From the NCBI GenBank assembly GCA_002633005.1, contig NMRA01000173.1, forward strand, positions 216,534 to 280,533: a DNA stretch of 64,000 nucleotides, read 5' to 3'. The position numbers and the translations under genes were made by a program. Shown here one piece after another: positions 52,152 to 64,000 of this stretch (its first letter is position 1; each line of letters opens with the position of its first letter). The notes below the pieces were generated by a model. That model was not told where the DNA came from and did no database searches. It saw nothing but the letters and a program-made list of their open reading frames with translations. This DNA comes from Phoronis australis. Lineage: Eukaryota; Animalia; Phoronida.

Positions 52152-52339
52152 GTATCCTTTGTTCACCTTCACTTGCTGTTTGTCGACTTTCACTTTTCCA
52201 CTATATCTATTCTAACACATTGAACCTCCAGTAATTTACATTTGTACAGTGAAACGTTAGTTATTTAATTATTTTTTTGTCAAATTGCCTAATGTCTGAG
52301 ATTTTAGATGGTATTATTACTATTATTATTATTTTAGTT

Positions 52340-52446
52340 ATAAATGTTGCAGTGTTTATGGTGAATGTGTTGCTATGGGGCTGAAAACTGATGACAGCGA
52401 GTTTCAGACCAATCCGACTACTGCTGTGCCTCCTAGTGGCAATTTC
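52340..52446 (-). mobile_element. Fragment of the 18960-20598 Helentron-like family
   Basis: One diverged monomer ending ...GTGCCTCCTAGTGGCAATTT. Confidence 0.55.
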
Positions 52447-53142
52447 ATATTTCCGTTTGCCTGTGCATCTTCAGAAATCTTTGTATTTTTGTGAAATTTT
52501 TCAAAGAGGTTTCTATTAAGGAGACAACCGTGCCTTTTTGTTTTGCGTCCGCAATGCGAACGGATTTGATGTATTCTGAGGTGTTGAATAATGTAATTTG
52601 CATGCTGTTTTTCTCATTCGTTATTGGCAATCAGTGATTGGTCAGTTGAAATTATTCTGTAAATGACTGGCCAATGAGGTATGCTTAGCATTGTAGGATA
52701 TCATCTGCTTTACGAAAGCATGTCAATAGTGCATAATTTCACAGGTGGGAATTAGACTTTATTTTGAAAGCGGAAAAAGGAACTTGCTATGAGTAATGTG
52801 CTTTTCGTGTAGACTTCAGCACTGGTGTGTACAACATCAGCATGAATCAAAGATTTGTTGAAGATTGAATATGACTCATTGGACGGTGAGGAGACGATCA
52901 TTGTCATCAGTTCTCCACTTGTGCTGACTACAATTAGTGGAGCATGATTTTAAACCTTTAGTTAAAATTTAAACTTTCAAAAAATACTGGTAATACAAGT
53001 TTTCATTAGCAAAATACGAATTTTTAGCATGAAGATTTAAAGCTTATATCCCTAGTGGGTTGGCATCTTGGTTACTGGCAACTTTTTGTGAAAGCACTAT
53101 AATATGGGTAGTTCTTTATCATTGTTCTCAAATTAGATTTAC

Positions 53143-53499
53143 CATAGCTAGTTTGATGTGCTATGATGTCACACCTAGTTTGATGTGCTATGATGTCATA
53201 GCTAGTTTGATGTGCTATGATGTCACACCTAGTTTGATGTGCTATGATGTCACAGCTAGTTTGATGTGCTATGATGTCACAGCTAGTTTGATATTTTATT
53301 ATGTCATAGGTAGTTAGATGTGCTATGATGTCATGCCTAGTTTGATGTGCTATGATGCCATACCTAGTTTGATGTGCTATGATGTTATAGCTAGTTGGAT
53401 GTGCTATGATGTCACATCTAGTTTGATGTGCTATGATGCCATACCTAGTTTGATGTGCTATGATGTCACATCTAGTTTGATGTGCTATGATTTCACAGC
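53143..53499. repeat. 27-bp minisatellite, ~13 copies
   Basis: Unit AGTTTGATGTGCTATGATGTCAYASCT. Confidence 0.95.
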
Positions 53500-53533
53500 C
53501 AAAGTTATACCTAACCATAACCAAGTGACTCAG

Positions 53534-53592
53534 ACATTCATCGTCTAGAAAAGGAGTGTGCAGTGGGCGAAAAGATGTCATCAAGAATTTTG
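53534..53592 (+). CDS. GTF2H3: GTF2H3 exon 5
   Basis: CAG / GTAATT, 59 nt, phase 1-0; (Y)IHRLEKECAVGEKMSSRIL. Confidence 0.93.
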
Positions 53593-55463
53593 GTAATTTT
53601 TTGAAGAAATTTTGGTAAATGGTTATTTCATTCAATTTTTTGTATAATTGTAAATTGAACATGCAAGTTCGAAATTAACATTTTGAAGTTGAACACTTTT
53701 GTATTTTTCCTTAATTTATTACAACTTTTTATATTCATTAGAACTTAAAACCACTCATCAAAAACATGATTACTAACTGTAAAAACTCTTCAGTGTGAGA
53801 CACAATATGGCACAGGTGAAACTTCATTTTGTCAAATTTCTCAATTTAAGAAATTTACTTTATTTTGTCCATGGCTTGTATGGCAAAGCTATTACCAAAC
53901 AACATTTGGTAAAATTTTAAGCACTTGCAAAAATATGGCAATTTTAACAATTATTTTTGACGCAAATCGAGGAATTTTTACCCTAAAACCCCTAAATTTT
54001 TCAAATATTCCCATGCTGTACACATTATCCCTGTACAAATCATTGGCACAGAAAGAAGAGGTAGATGAAGCTATCAATTTTAAGTGTGCAGGCTACTTGG
54101 CTCACCCTTTTAAAATTGAGCTAATTTTCAATTACTGCTTGTCAATTTTTTACAAAAGCTGTCAATTTGCCATTTCAAAGGAAATTTTGAATCCAGTTTG
54201 TCATGAAAAAATAAATGCTAGCAGTATCTACAATTATGATCATGATTGAAAGATTTTGTTAACTGAATAAATTCAAGGTTTGAGTCTTTATTAAGGGATA
54301 TGATCAAGATGGAAAAATATTAGCTTCCAAACAATTGATGAAGTCTGCAATCTCTAAAACTATGAATGCTAAACCTGCATTGAGATTTCAGAGGCCTGTA
54401 TCTTTTTTAAGAGAAATTATGGGATTTTTGGACGTTCTTGCAAACATTAGGACGTAATACAATGTGTCAGACGGTGAATATTTTGTGGAAATACAAGTAA
54501 CTTGTGGATTCTCGATACCAGAAGTTAATGTCACAATCATTTTCACTCATCTTAAATGGGTCTGCCAGTTGTGAAATCTTTGTTTTTTGTTGCCTATTTA
54601 AAAAGTTGATGTTTTTTATTCAGAAGCTTTGTGGTCGACTTCTATGGACTATCGGACTTCTTACTTGCCATGATACTCAGGTGAACTACTCGTCAATGAC
54701 TTTAATTGGCATTCCTAATTGGTCTAAAAAATCTGAACCTTGATGCATGTGTTGCTGACAGTGTTGAGAGACACCAACTGCATAATTTGCCCGAGTTTGT
54801 CACAGAGTTTCGTCCAATTCTGGCTGATCGTTGTGTTCATCATATACTTGGTGACACAGACTATTGTAAACGTTACAGTCTTTGGCTGCTTAACATTCAT
54901 TCAATGGGGAAAGCATGTCATCAGTTGCTGAGGAAAAAATGCTATACTATTGAGGGCAGGACTTTTGAAACTGTATTCCTAGTAAAGGTGTAATTTATAA
55001 GTGTTCCTGCGGAGAAGTTTTGTGACGAGCATTTCCAGCCCTCGAAGCTTACCAGCTTCCGTGTCTGCTTTTTGATCTCGAGAGTATATGACTTAATTGT
55101 GCACCGATTATAAACTAAGACACGTGATAACGAATGAATTCTAGCAACAACTATGAAAAAATCGTACAGTAGTTCCTTGAAATTGTCCAGAACACTTCAC
55201 AGGCAAGAACCAACAAACAGCTCGTGTATGTGCACATACAAACAGTTTTCCATAAGCAGATGGCGTAAAGAATGTAAATTATTGTGACATCAACTTCTGG
55301 TTTTGAGAATGCTTGATATTCAAGTAACTGTATGTTTTATTTTACAAAAATGGAGTCCGTAGCTTTAACATTTGGACAAATGTTGAAAAATGCTGGACTT
55401 TCCTGTTAAATTGCTCTGTGTTTGGCTTCAGTTAAATGATTTTGGTGATTGTCATTTCTTTAG

Positions 55464-55661
55464 GTTGTGCGTGGGTCAGAGGATAACCCTTCGCAATACA
55501 TGAACTTCATGAATGTTGTGTTCACGGCTCAGAAGCAGAATGTTGTACTGGATGCCTGTGTCCTTGACAACACGTCTGGCCTGCTGCAACAGGCCTGTGA
55601 CATCACTGGCGGGATCTACCTTAAAGTTCCACAACTGGACGGGCTTCTGCAATATCTTCTG
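55464..55661 (+). CDS. GTF2H3: GTF2H3 exon 6
   Basis: TAG / GTCAGT, 198 nt; [34 protein letters not shown]...[27 protein letters not shown]. Confidence 0.96.
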
Positions 55662-56154
55662 GTCAGTGTTGACCATTTCAACAGGTTTACCCAGTTAGAT
55701 TTTTTTAACTGTTCAGACCAATTTATAAATCAAGAAAAACATTAATACAACTTTTGATTGGAAATCAAACATGAAAATATGAAGAAAACTGTTCTCCAAA
55801 ATTGCAACATTGTTTTGTTCTTGGTATAGAGTAACATCATTGAATTTAAACCCTGAAATTATTTGGTACATAATTTAGAAATTGCATTCCAAGGATTGGA
55901 GTCTTGTGCAGGCAAGTTCAAACCCAGTTTTCTTCAAACTTTGTAACCTTGTGCAAACTTAACAATAATTGCTGAAAAAAGTATATTTGTGTTATTATTT
56001 TACTTCTTGAGCAATAATCTGTATCTGATTTTTATATGAAAACAGAAACTAAATTTGGATGAAAATTTGGAAAACATTGATTTTGAAATTATCCTAGAAC
56101 TAAAGTGTTGAGGATTTGACGTGGTAACGTGGTACTAATCAAGACCTTTTGTTG

Positions 56155-56423
56155 TGTTTGTAAAGTGGGTATTTATTTTGTTTGTACAGTGTGGGTATTT
56201 CTTGCTTTTACAGTGGGTATTTCTTGTTTGTACAGTGGGTATTTCTTGTTTGTAAAGTGGGTATTTCTTGTTTGTACTGTGGGTATTTCTTGTTTGCACA
56301 GTGGGTATTTCTTGTTTGCACAATGGGTATTTCTTGTTTGTACAGTGGGTATTTCTAATTTGTACAGTGGGTATTTCTTGTTTGTATAGTGGGTATTTCT
56401 TGTTTGTACAGTGGGTATTTCTT
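56155..56423. repeat. 22-bp minisatellite (~12 copies) overlapping the GTF2H3 exon 7 acceptor
   Basis: Unit TTGTTTGTACAGTGGGTATTTC. Confidence 0.95.
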
Positions 56424-56547
56424 CCTGATCCTGTAATCAGAGACCAACTGAGTCTGCCTCCCAAGTCTCAAGTAGACTACAGGGCGGCATGCTTCTGCCA
56501 CAGAAATCTCATTGACGTAGGCTATGTGTGCTCCGTCTGTCTTTCAA
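56412..56547 (+). CDS. GTF2H3: GTF2H3 exon 7 (start of C4 zinc finger)
   Basis: CAG / GTAAGT, 136 nt; [45 protein letters not shown]. Confidence 0.93.
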
Positions 56548-57367
56548 GTAAGTATCCAGTAACAGCTTTGTCATAAGTTTCGCTGTATCAGTATGTATAC
56601 ACTCCATACGAGGTCATTCACTGCATGTATACACTTCATATGAGGTCATTAGGTTACCGATTCTCTCTAAATCAGGGGGTGGCACCGTTTTGGTATCAGT
56701 GCCATATGTCTCACAGGTTTGGAAAAAAATCAGCATTTGGGAATGACATTTAAAGATACCATGTCCTTTGTTTGTGTCTATTTAGAGCACATGCTAATAA
56801 TGGTTTTTGGACATATAACTACTACAAAAACCAGTAAATGTTCTTTAACAAACTTTCTCTGTGTATAATGCCACATGGTCTTTGCCACAAGTTTGTTTAA
56901 AATGGGCTTTCATGAATTCAAATGCATTGTTTCTTATTTGTTCAGTAAAGTTGTTGCCTCAGGCCTTGGGCTCTAATATGGATCTCACGGCAATGAAACC
57001 CTCACAATGATGCTTTACAAGAAAGAAAAGGAATCTACCTAATTACCAACGTGTTCTATGAATAGGCAACTTATGGCAATGTTTGTTGTGAATTCCCAAA
57101 TTCTTGAAGGACATTATCTGCATTCTAAATTCTAACATGTGACCATAAGCCTTAGAAAGTTTAAGGTGGGATGTATGCGGCCCATGGCCATAAGTTGCCA
57201 ACGCCTGATGTAAATTGTTGAAAATGTAACCAGTGAGACTGTGTGGAATACAATTTTCGTTAAATTTGTTTTGACATAATTATCTGGTATAGAATTTTCA
57301 TGGATCATGTTTTGTTGAAGTTCACCATTGTTAAAGCCTCTCTGATAGTTTATGAAGATAAAGGAAG

Positions 57368-57756
57368 AAAAATGTACTGAGAGGGATGTTAAAATGTACT
57401 GAGAGGGGTGTTAAAAATGTACCGAAAGGGGTGTTAAAAATGTACCGAAAGGGGTGTTAAAAATGTACCGAGAGGGGTGTTAAAATGTACTCAGAGGAGT
57501 GTTAAAAATGTACTGAGAGGGGTGTTAAAAATGTACCGAGAGGGATGTTAAAAATGTACCGAGAGGGGTGTTAAAAATGTACCGAGAAGGGTGTCGAAAA
57601 TGAACCAAGAGGGGTGTTAAAAATGTACTGAGACGGGTGTTAAAATGTACTCAGAGGGGTGTTAAAATGTACTCAGAGGGATGTTAAAATGTACTCAGAG
57701 GGGTGTTAAAATGTACTCAGAGGGGTGTTAAAATGTACTCAGAGAAGTGTTAAAAA
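57368..57756. repeat. 22-23-bp minisatellite, ~17 copies
   Basis: Unit AAAA(A)TGTACYSAGAGGGGTGTT. Confidence 0.95.
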
Positions 57757-58390
57757 TCAACAGTGTGTTCAAGCTATTCTATTTTGATTCATCGTGCTGT
57801 TGGTTTTAAGGCTGACATGAAACCACGTTCTGTCTAAAAAAATTGATTTGGGCCACTTACTGCAAATTGTTCCTTATGCAAATTAGAAGGGGTGTTGCTT
57901 TAAGCCAGGCTCAGTGAATAGTCATTTTACATTTGCCGAGCGTAGCCTGTTGTTGTAATCAACTATTAATTGTCCCCAAGTCTATGTGTAACTTCTAATC
58001 TGAACAAAGAACTGACATCAGCTTCCAAAAGTTTATGTGGTGCAAATTTTAAGTATGTTGTTATGACAGAAGGCAAGTTCATAAATTGTAAACACATTTT
58101 AGGAGTAGGCAGTTGTTGTTCAAACTCGGCAATTATGGGAAAATGTGGTCGATTCCCATAATTTACTAAATATTTTGTATCCTGTATAAAATACTGGTTC
58201 AAAATACTGGAGATGCCTGGTAATTGTGGGGTAAAGGATGCATATGATATGCTTTTTCAGTCACACCTAATCGGAAGATCTTCTTATAACTAGGCAAATT
58301 TGTAAGGAAACTTCTGTCTGTGTATGGTTTTTCAGATGTATGGGTTAACCATTGATCGGGTTGTGGTAAACCAAGCGTATTTCTTGACAG

Positions 58391-59535
58391 TTTTTATGCG
58401 GCCACATATTAATATGTGTGTGCCCCTGGTGGTAATTTTAGTTTTTTACGTTTACCTTCGTATCTTCAAAAGTCCTCAATGGATTTTCATAAAATTAAGT
58501 TTGTAGGCACCTATTAGTGAGATGACGCTATCCTCCCATTTTTGGATGCGAGGTAGTTTGTGCCACCAAGTGGCCGTTTTTACTGTTTTCGAGTCTATTT
58601 TTTGGCGTCCACTCGTCTATCAACAAAACAGCTTTCAGAATAATTGTGAAAATTGGCATGTATGTTGATACTATGAAGTGGAAGGCTGACGATAATTTTC
58701 TGAGGACTTCCACTACTGTGGTGCCTCCTAGTGGCAGTTTTATATTTTTTGCGCTCTTTGCTGTATCTTACCGGTATAAACTGTTTGCAGGATCTTTACT
58801 TAATTTAGCAAGTGTATTTAAATGATGTTGACAATGAACGACAACAACTTTTGGACAGATCTGACTTCTGGTGTGCCCCCTAGTGGCAATTTTAGTTTTT
58901 TACATTTAACTCTTTATGTTCAAAGGTCCTCAATAGATTTTCATAACATTTTAAATATAGGCATCTATTGGTGAGTTGACGTTATCCTCCTGTTTTTGGA
59001 TGGAATCGAGGTATTTTGCACCACCTGGTGGACATTTTTGCTGTTTTAGAATCTTGTTTTTGGCGTCCACCCCTCTATCAACCAAATCATTCTAGGGATG
59101 GTTTTGAAAATTGGTGTATATGCCCTCAGTGTGAAGGGGAAGTTTGATGATAGCGACTGACTACTGTGGTGCCTCCTAGTGGTAGTTTTGTTTTGTGCCC
59201 ATAGTTGTATCTCCTAAACCCACTGTAGGATCTTTATTAAATTTAGTGAGTGTATTTATAATGAAGATAACAACAGATAACGACGACTTTCATGGCAGAT
59301 CCAACGGACGCTGTGCGCACCTAAGTGGCAATTTCATTTTATTCTGTTTTCCTTTGTTTCTCTGAAGTTCCTTGACATATTTTTATGAAATATGGCATGT
59401 TCCTGTTTTTGGATGGATTGTACGTTTTTTGCGCCATCTAGTGGCTATTTTTATGATACAAATAAATAACCCTAAAAGCACACCACTTGCGATGCATTCG
59501 TGGGCACATTTCAACGCTCTGCGTTGCTCCTGTTT
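58391..59535 (-). mobile_element. Helentron-like element, inverted homolog of 18960-20598
   Basis: Reverse complement follows the same monomers; hairpin CACATATTAATATGTG at the left end; retains the opposite terminus (AAACAGGAGCAACGCAGAGCGTTG on minus). Confidence 0.78.
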
Positions 59536-60069
59536 CTCAACGTGTCAACGACTGTTAGTTGCAAGGCAATCTGATATCCAATGTAACGCAAAACTGCTTT
59601 ACTATGTGAGGTATAAAATAATGTATTGTCTTGAGAATTATCTAGAAATAGTTGGTATCCCACGTGTTTTTATCCGGTCTCTGACTTGATTGTGATGTTC
59701 AAATAATTTGTTACTAGTGGAAACAGGTCGCTACACAAATATTCCTTATAGAAATAGTTTGTGTGAGTTATGTAATTCGGGATGTGTAGAGGACGAATAC
59801 CACCATGTGTTAGTTTGCAGTGCATACCAAAACCTTCAGGTTAAGTACTTTTAAGTGATCGTTTTTGTCATTCTCCCGACATCTAAATTTGAGAACTCCT
59901 GATAACCTACTTCTAAAATTCATCCATCATGCTCTCAAGCGTCACAATTTATTATCCAGTTTGTAATGCACCTGATAATGTTCTGTCTTGTACATGTTAT
60001 ACTTTGGGACTATGTCCATATGTATATATTTCAATAATGTTAAACGAATGGTGATATTTTCTATTTCAG

Positions 60070-60106
60070 TATTCTGTACCTTTAGCCCCATATGTTCAAC
60101 TTGCCA
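60070..60106 (+). CDS. GTF2H3: GTF2H3 exon 8
   Basis: TTTCAG / GTAAGT, 37 nt; (I)FCTFSPICSTC(Q). Confidence 0.94.
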
Positions 60107-60399
60107 GTAAGTATATTTTGTAAAAACAATAAACAAGTAATGTATCAGAACATATAACTACCAGTTACAGTTGCCTGTGAATTGTGGCCAAAGTCTCGTT
60201 TTGAAGCTTTTCTGATTTGAGACAAAAGTGAAAAGGATTTCAATCCAAGAATGCATTTTCATGGTATATTTTGTGGCGAGGTTAACTGCAGTCCTGGGGA
60301 GTCACTCCTGACATACGCAGCACAAATTACAGGAAGGTATTTTTCTGGCAGTCTTATGGGTTGCTTATCATGTCGAATAGGCCCTCATAAGTTTACGAC

Positions 60400-60680
60400 A
60401 CTCAAAATATCAACCTGCATGTGTGTGATGTTTTGCATATAGGTGTTTGTTGGGTCCCTACTGTGGTAATTTGGATTTTTTTATATGTGGCTCTATTGCT
60501 ACCTATGATGTTTGCAAAATTTGGCAAGTGAGCTCCTATCAAGAAGACGACTGTACTTGCCTCGTTTCAGATGTGACTTATGCTGTGCCTCCTAGTGGCC
60601 TTTTTACTTCATATAATACAACCTAGAAGGCCACCACGTGCAGTGCAGTTGTGGGTGTATTTGAGCACTTAGGTAGTGGT
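60400..60680 (-). mobile_element. Old fragment of the same Helentron-like family
   Basis: GTGCCTCCTAGTGGCC monomer end plus a degenerate terminus. Confidence 0.45.
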
Positions 60681-61195
60681 AATTGTCTAGGTGTGAAAGA
60701 AAGTTGTTTTAAAATTTAAAATTTCACAAACTCAGTTTTGATGATTTCAAACAAGCCTCATTCTATCACCTGCTAATGGACCATTAGTGTCCCACTTTGG
60801 TGTGTCACCTGCCAATGGATCGTTAGCATCCCAATTCAGTATTAAAAGCAGGATTCAATGAAAAACATACTCTGTCACAGGTTGGAGATTATTGTTCTTG
60901 ATGTGTGGTCTTTTTCCTATAGTTTTCTTACAACTCGCCTAAAACGTAGGTCAGGCTTCCACCTTAAACAGACTTTGTAAGTAGTGTTCACATTTGGCTC
61001 CAAACTTTTGAGGGCTGTTGATGGTTACAGAGCATTATTTTGTTTCAGAGAAAACAAAGAGAAATTCGTTTTTAATATTTATTAATAGGTCAAAACTGGC
61101 TTTTTAAAGAAGCAAGCTCAATTACTTATTCAGTTCTGATTCAAGATTCAGTTTTGTGATCAGGTTTTTGCATGTTTCTGTTTTACTATTTTCAG

Positions 61196-61262
61196 AACAA
61201 CGTTCAAGTTCAAAGGTCCTCCAAAACTGCTCAAAAAGAAAATGAAGAAATCTACAACATAG
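61196..61262 (+). CDS. GTF2H3: GTF2H3 exon 9 (last coding exon)
   Basis: TTTCAG acceptor; (Q)TTFKFKGPPKLLKKKMKKSTT*, basic tail; total CDS 924 nt = 307 aa. Confidence 0.9.
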
Positions 61263-61364
61263 TTGCTAACCTGTCACAACATAGTTGGTGACCTGTCACA
61301 ACATAGTTGCTGACCTGTCAAAACATAGTTGGTGACCAGTCACAACATAGTTGGTGACCTGTCA
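61254..61364. repeat. 22-bp minisatellite, 5 copies, beginning in the last codons of GTF2H3
   Basis: Unit ACAACATAGTTGSTGACCTGTC. Confidence 0.93.
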
Positions 61365-62577
61365 GGACAGTGAAGTGAATATAGTTGAAAAGGAGCTGAT
61401 TTCTTTGGCTCAGTCAATTCTTTATTTGCGGGACAGCAGCAAATCAAGTTCTGGCGGAGACGAAAATTGTCTGCGTGCATTTGTTGATCAAGTCACCACT
61501 GTAGTCTATGAGACAAATTTCATTTGGTAACTTCTAACCAATGAAACTGCATCAAATCCAGTACAGAACATTGTATAGCGTGTCCATTGAACATTTGTGA
61601 AGCCAGGATTGCATGACGCTGGATGTACAAACAATGGTTGTGTAGCCTTTTCTGCCAGCTGTTACACATCACCTACTTGTCGGTGCTCAGAAGGCATATC
61701 CTAGCACTCAAGCACTTCCCAATACTTATGGGCACATTTAAGTTATGTGGGACCCTAGGAAATGCTCAAATTTTGCTAACTTCACATCATTGTATCTCTG
61801 AAATTGTTGACGGCATTCCGTATGTAAACGGTGTCCGATTTTTTTAAGGCCTTTGAGCCCAAGATCTCGACTGTCAAAAATCAAGAGCTCGACTTTCCAT
61901 GAAAAGTTCGGAGGTTTTGATTTTCGACAGCCGAGTTCTCGTTTTGTAGCTAATAATCCAAATAAACAGAATCTGCAAAAGGAATGAGAAAATTTTAAGG
62001 TCTGTGTAAGTTACCGCCGTCTCTATGTTGCACTTCGGGAGGATATCAAAATGTCAGAAATGGCCGAAAAGCATTGCAATACAATCTGAGGACTTAGTCA
62101 TTTATTTCTTCTAAAGTATCACACTGCATCAAACTATTATGATCCTTACCTATGCTAAGTGTACTTGTCTTTTGAACCAAGTTATGATCATGAAAAAACA
62201 GTGAACACAATATTGTTAATTAAGAAGGAAGCAAGTCTTGTTCAGTCGAGCCAAGAGATTGCCTACACCACGTGACCTAATGGGCGGAGCTTTGCCATAT
62301 TTGAAACGACAATGTGTTGTCAGTCATTCACTGTTGTGTTATAACTAGAACTTGTTGGAGGAGTCTGTAGAAAGCATTTTCCAACCGTGTGTCCACCCAA
62401 GAAATTCAGGACGTCGATAGCCGAGCACCGGACTTGCTTGAAAGAAGAGTGCGAGAAAGCAATGCGAGAGCTTGTAGATACGATGTCAGAGCCTGAATGA
62501 GAATTTTGTGAATCACATGTAAATACATCGTCTCTGGCGTCAACAATAAAAAAGTCAAAAATCACTGCCTAGTCTGT

Positions 62578-62693
62578 GATGTGGCTTACCTGAACCTAGT
62601 ATACAAGATGTGGCTTACCTGAACCTAGACTACAAGATGTGGCTTACCTGAACCTAGAATACAAGATGTGGCTTACCTGAACCTAGAATACAA
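62578..62693. repeat. ~29-bp minisatellite, 4 copies
   Basis: Unit GATGTGGCTTACCTGAACCTAGAATACAA. Confidence 0.92.
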
Positions 62694-64000
62694 AAACATG
62701 CATTCATCCTCCTTTGTTATCGTTGTTCAAATTACAAAATACTCTGTGAAATATGAAATGAAACATATAGTCCTTTTTTAATTCACACGATTTTAACGCA
62801 TTCCTGGACCCACTTCTTCACATGTAAATTAAGCCAGTTGCTGTGCAGCAGTGTACTCGTCTGGACATTCTGTTTAAATCAGGTCACTGTTTCTGTTACT
62901 ATGCCACCGAGTTCACTTAGATAAGCTCCGCCCACGAGGTCACGTGATCAGAATCACTTGTAAACAAACTCCATGTGTATTTGGTGTCGAAGGTATTGGT
63001 AAATAGCACTAGATATTTTCATGGTGTTTAGATCATCTGAAAGGGGACATTTTGCTTATAAAAGTGAAAATACCATTTAATTTCGAATATACCACCGAAG
63101 GTAGGCAGTGACATTAAGACACCAAAACTTTTATGATAAGGACATTAAGCCATGAGCTCTTGTGGGATTGCAAAGGGGTTGTTGCACAACAAGGTTCCCA
63201 TCAATGAGCTCCCATATTGCAATTTTCAACTACAAGATGGCGGACAGGTGAAATTTTATTTTATCAAATTTGTCAACAAAAATAACTCTTGGTGAAAAGT
63301 TGCTTTGGTCTTGGTATGGTTTGTATGGCATAGTTATTACCAAACAACACGTGGTAAAAGTTTCAGCGTTTACAACCACCTGTTGGCCACATCATGTCAC
63401 CTAATGAATACAAAACAAACTTAAAAATTTTCATGAAATTGTATTTTAAGTTTCCCAAATCACAATAATGATACAGAAATTTTAGTTTTGATTAACTTAA
63501 TGTCATAAAAACATATTTTAGTAAAACACGGAAAAATGACAATTTTGGCAATTATTGTTTTATAATAGAAATTATGGCTTTAAGTTGAAATGTGAGATCC
63601 AGTGAGACTTCAACAATTGGTACATTGCAGTTTATGTACTTAAAATATAAAAGTAATCTGCAGGAATATGATTTATTTATATCTGTAAAAAACATATTTT
63701 CAAGACTCATGGTCATTTGTCTGGGCACTTGTTGATAATATCAACACAGTTTCCTGGTAGTTGCTTCATAAAGAGATTGTATAACCTAAAATGATCAGAG
63801 ACTGCATGCAAGAAATGACAATATTCAATTTAAGGTTTATTTCACTTTATCCTCATTTTTCTCAAACCATCCATACATTTCAGTGTTAAATGCTTCGTTT
63901 CTACAGTGGCCAACAAAAATCGACCTTATGCACAGACAAGAGTGAAGAATCATTGAAACATTTATGCATGCTCTTCACTTATAAAGATATGACAAACCTA

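Larger units (their letters stand above)
52152..53533 (+). other. GTF2H3: U12-type (minor spliceosome) GT-AG intron of GTF2H3
   Basis: 5' site GTATCCTTT; branch-like TATACCTAAC (53506-53515) ~18 nt before CAG; no polypyrimidine tract. Confidence 0.9.

Noticed and set aside
53705-53745. TTTTCCTTAAT as the U12 branch point
   Set aside because: Lies downstream of exon 5, and the next AG would create an immediate TAA; the homologous YIHR exon is at 53534.

Overview
Eukaryotic, AT-rich, intron-rich animal genomic scaffold with N gaps; probably an invertebrate (lineage not determinable from the sequence). Two complete, divergently transcribed genes were reconstructed by hand. TRAF4 is on the minus strand (7 coding exons, 43263->6808, 466 aa; RING, TRAF zinc fingers, MATH). 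GTF2H3/TFIIH p34 is on the plus strand (9 coding exons, 46894->61262, 307 aa) and has one U12-type intron. The rest is intron, UTR and intergenic DNA dense in minisatellites and non-autonomous transposons. Main observations: (1) an inverted, TSD-flanked Penelope-like retroelement in TRAF4 intron 2 with two minimal hammerhead ribozymes; (2) a 22-bp minisatellite made of tandem copies of a GTF2H3 splice acceptor; (3) Helentron-like elements whose ~150-bp monomers each carry a CTCF-like motif, placed convergently around the shared promoter region; (4) a minisatellite copying the GTF2H3 stop codon and another abutting the U12 branch point. All family assignments come from recalled motifs, not database searches.
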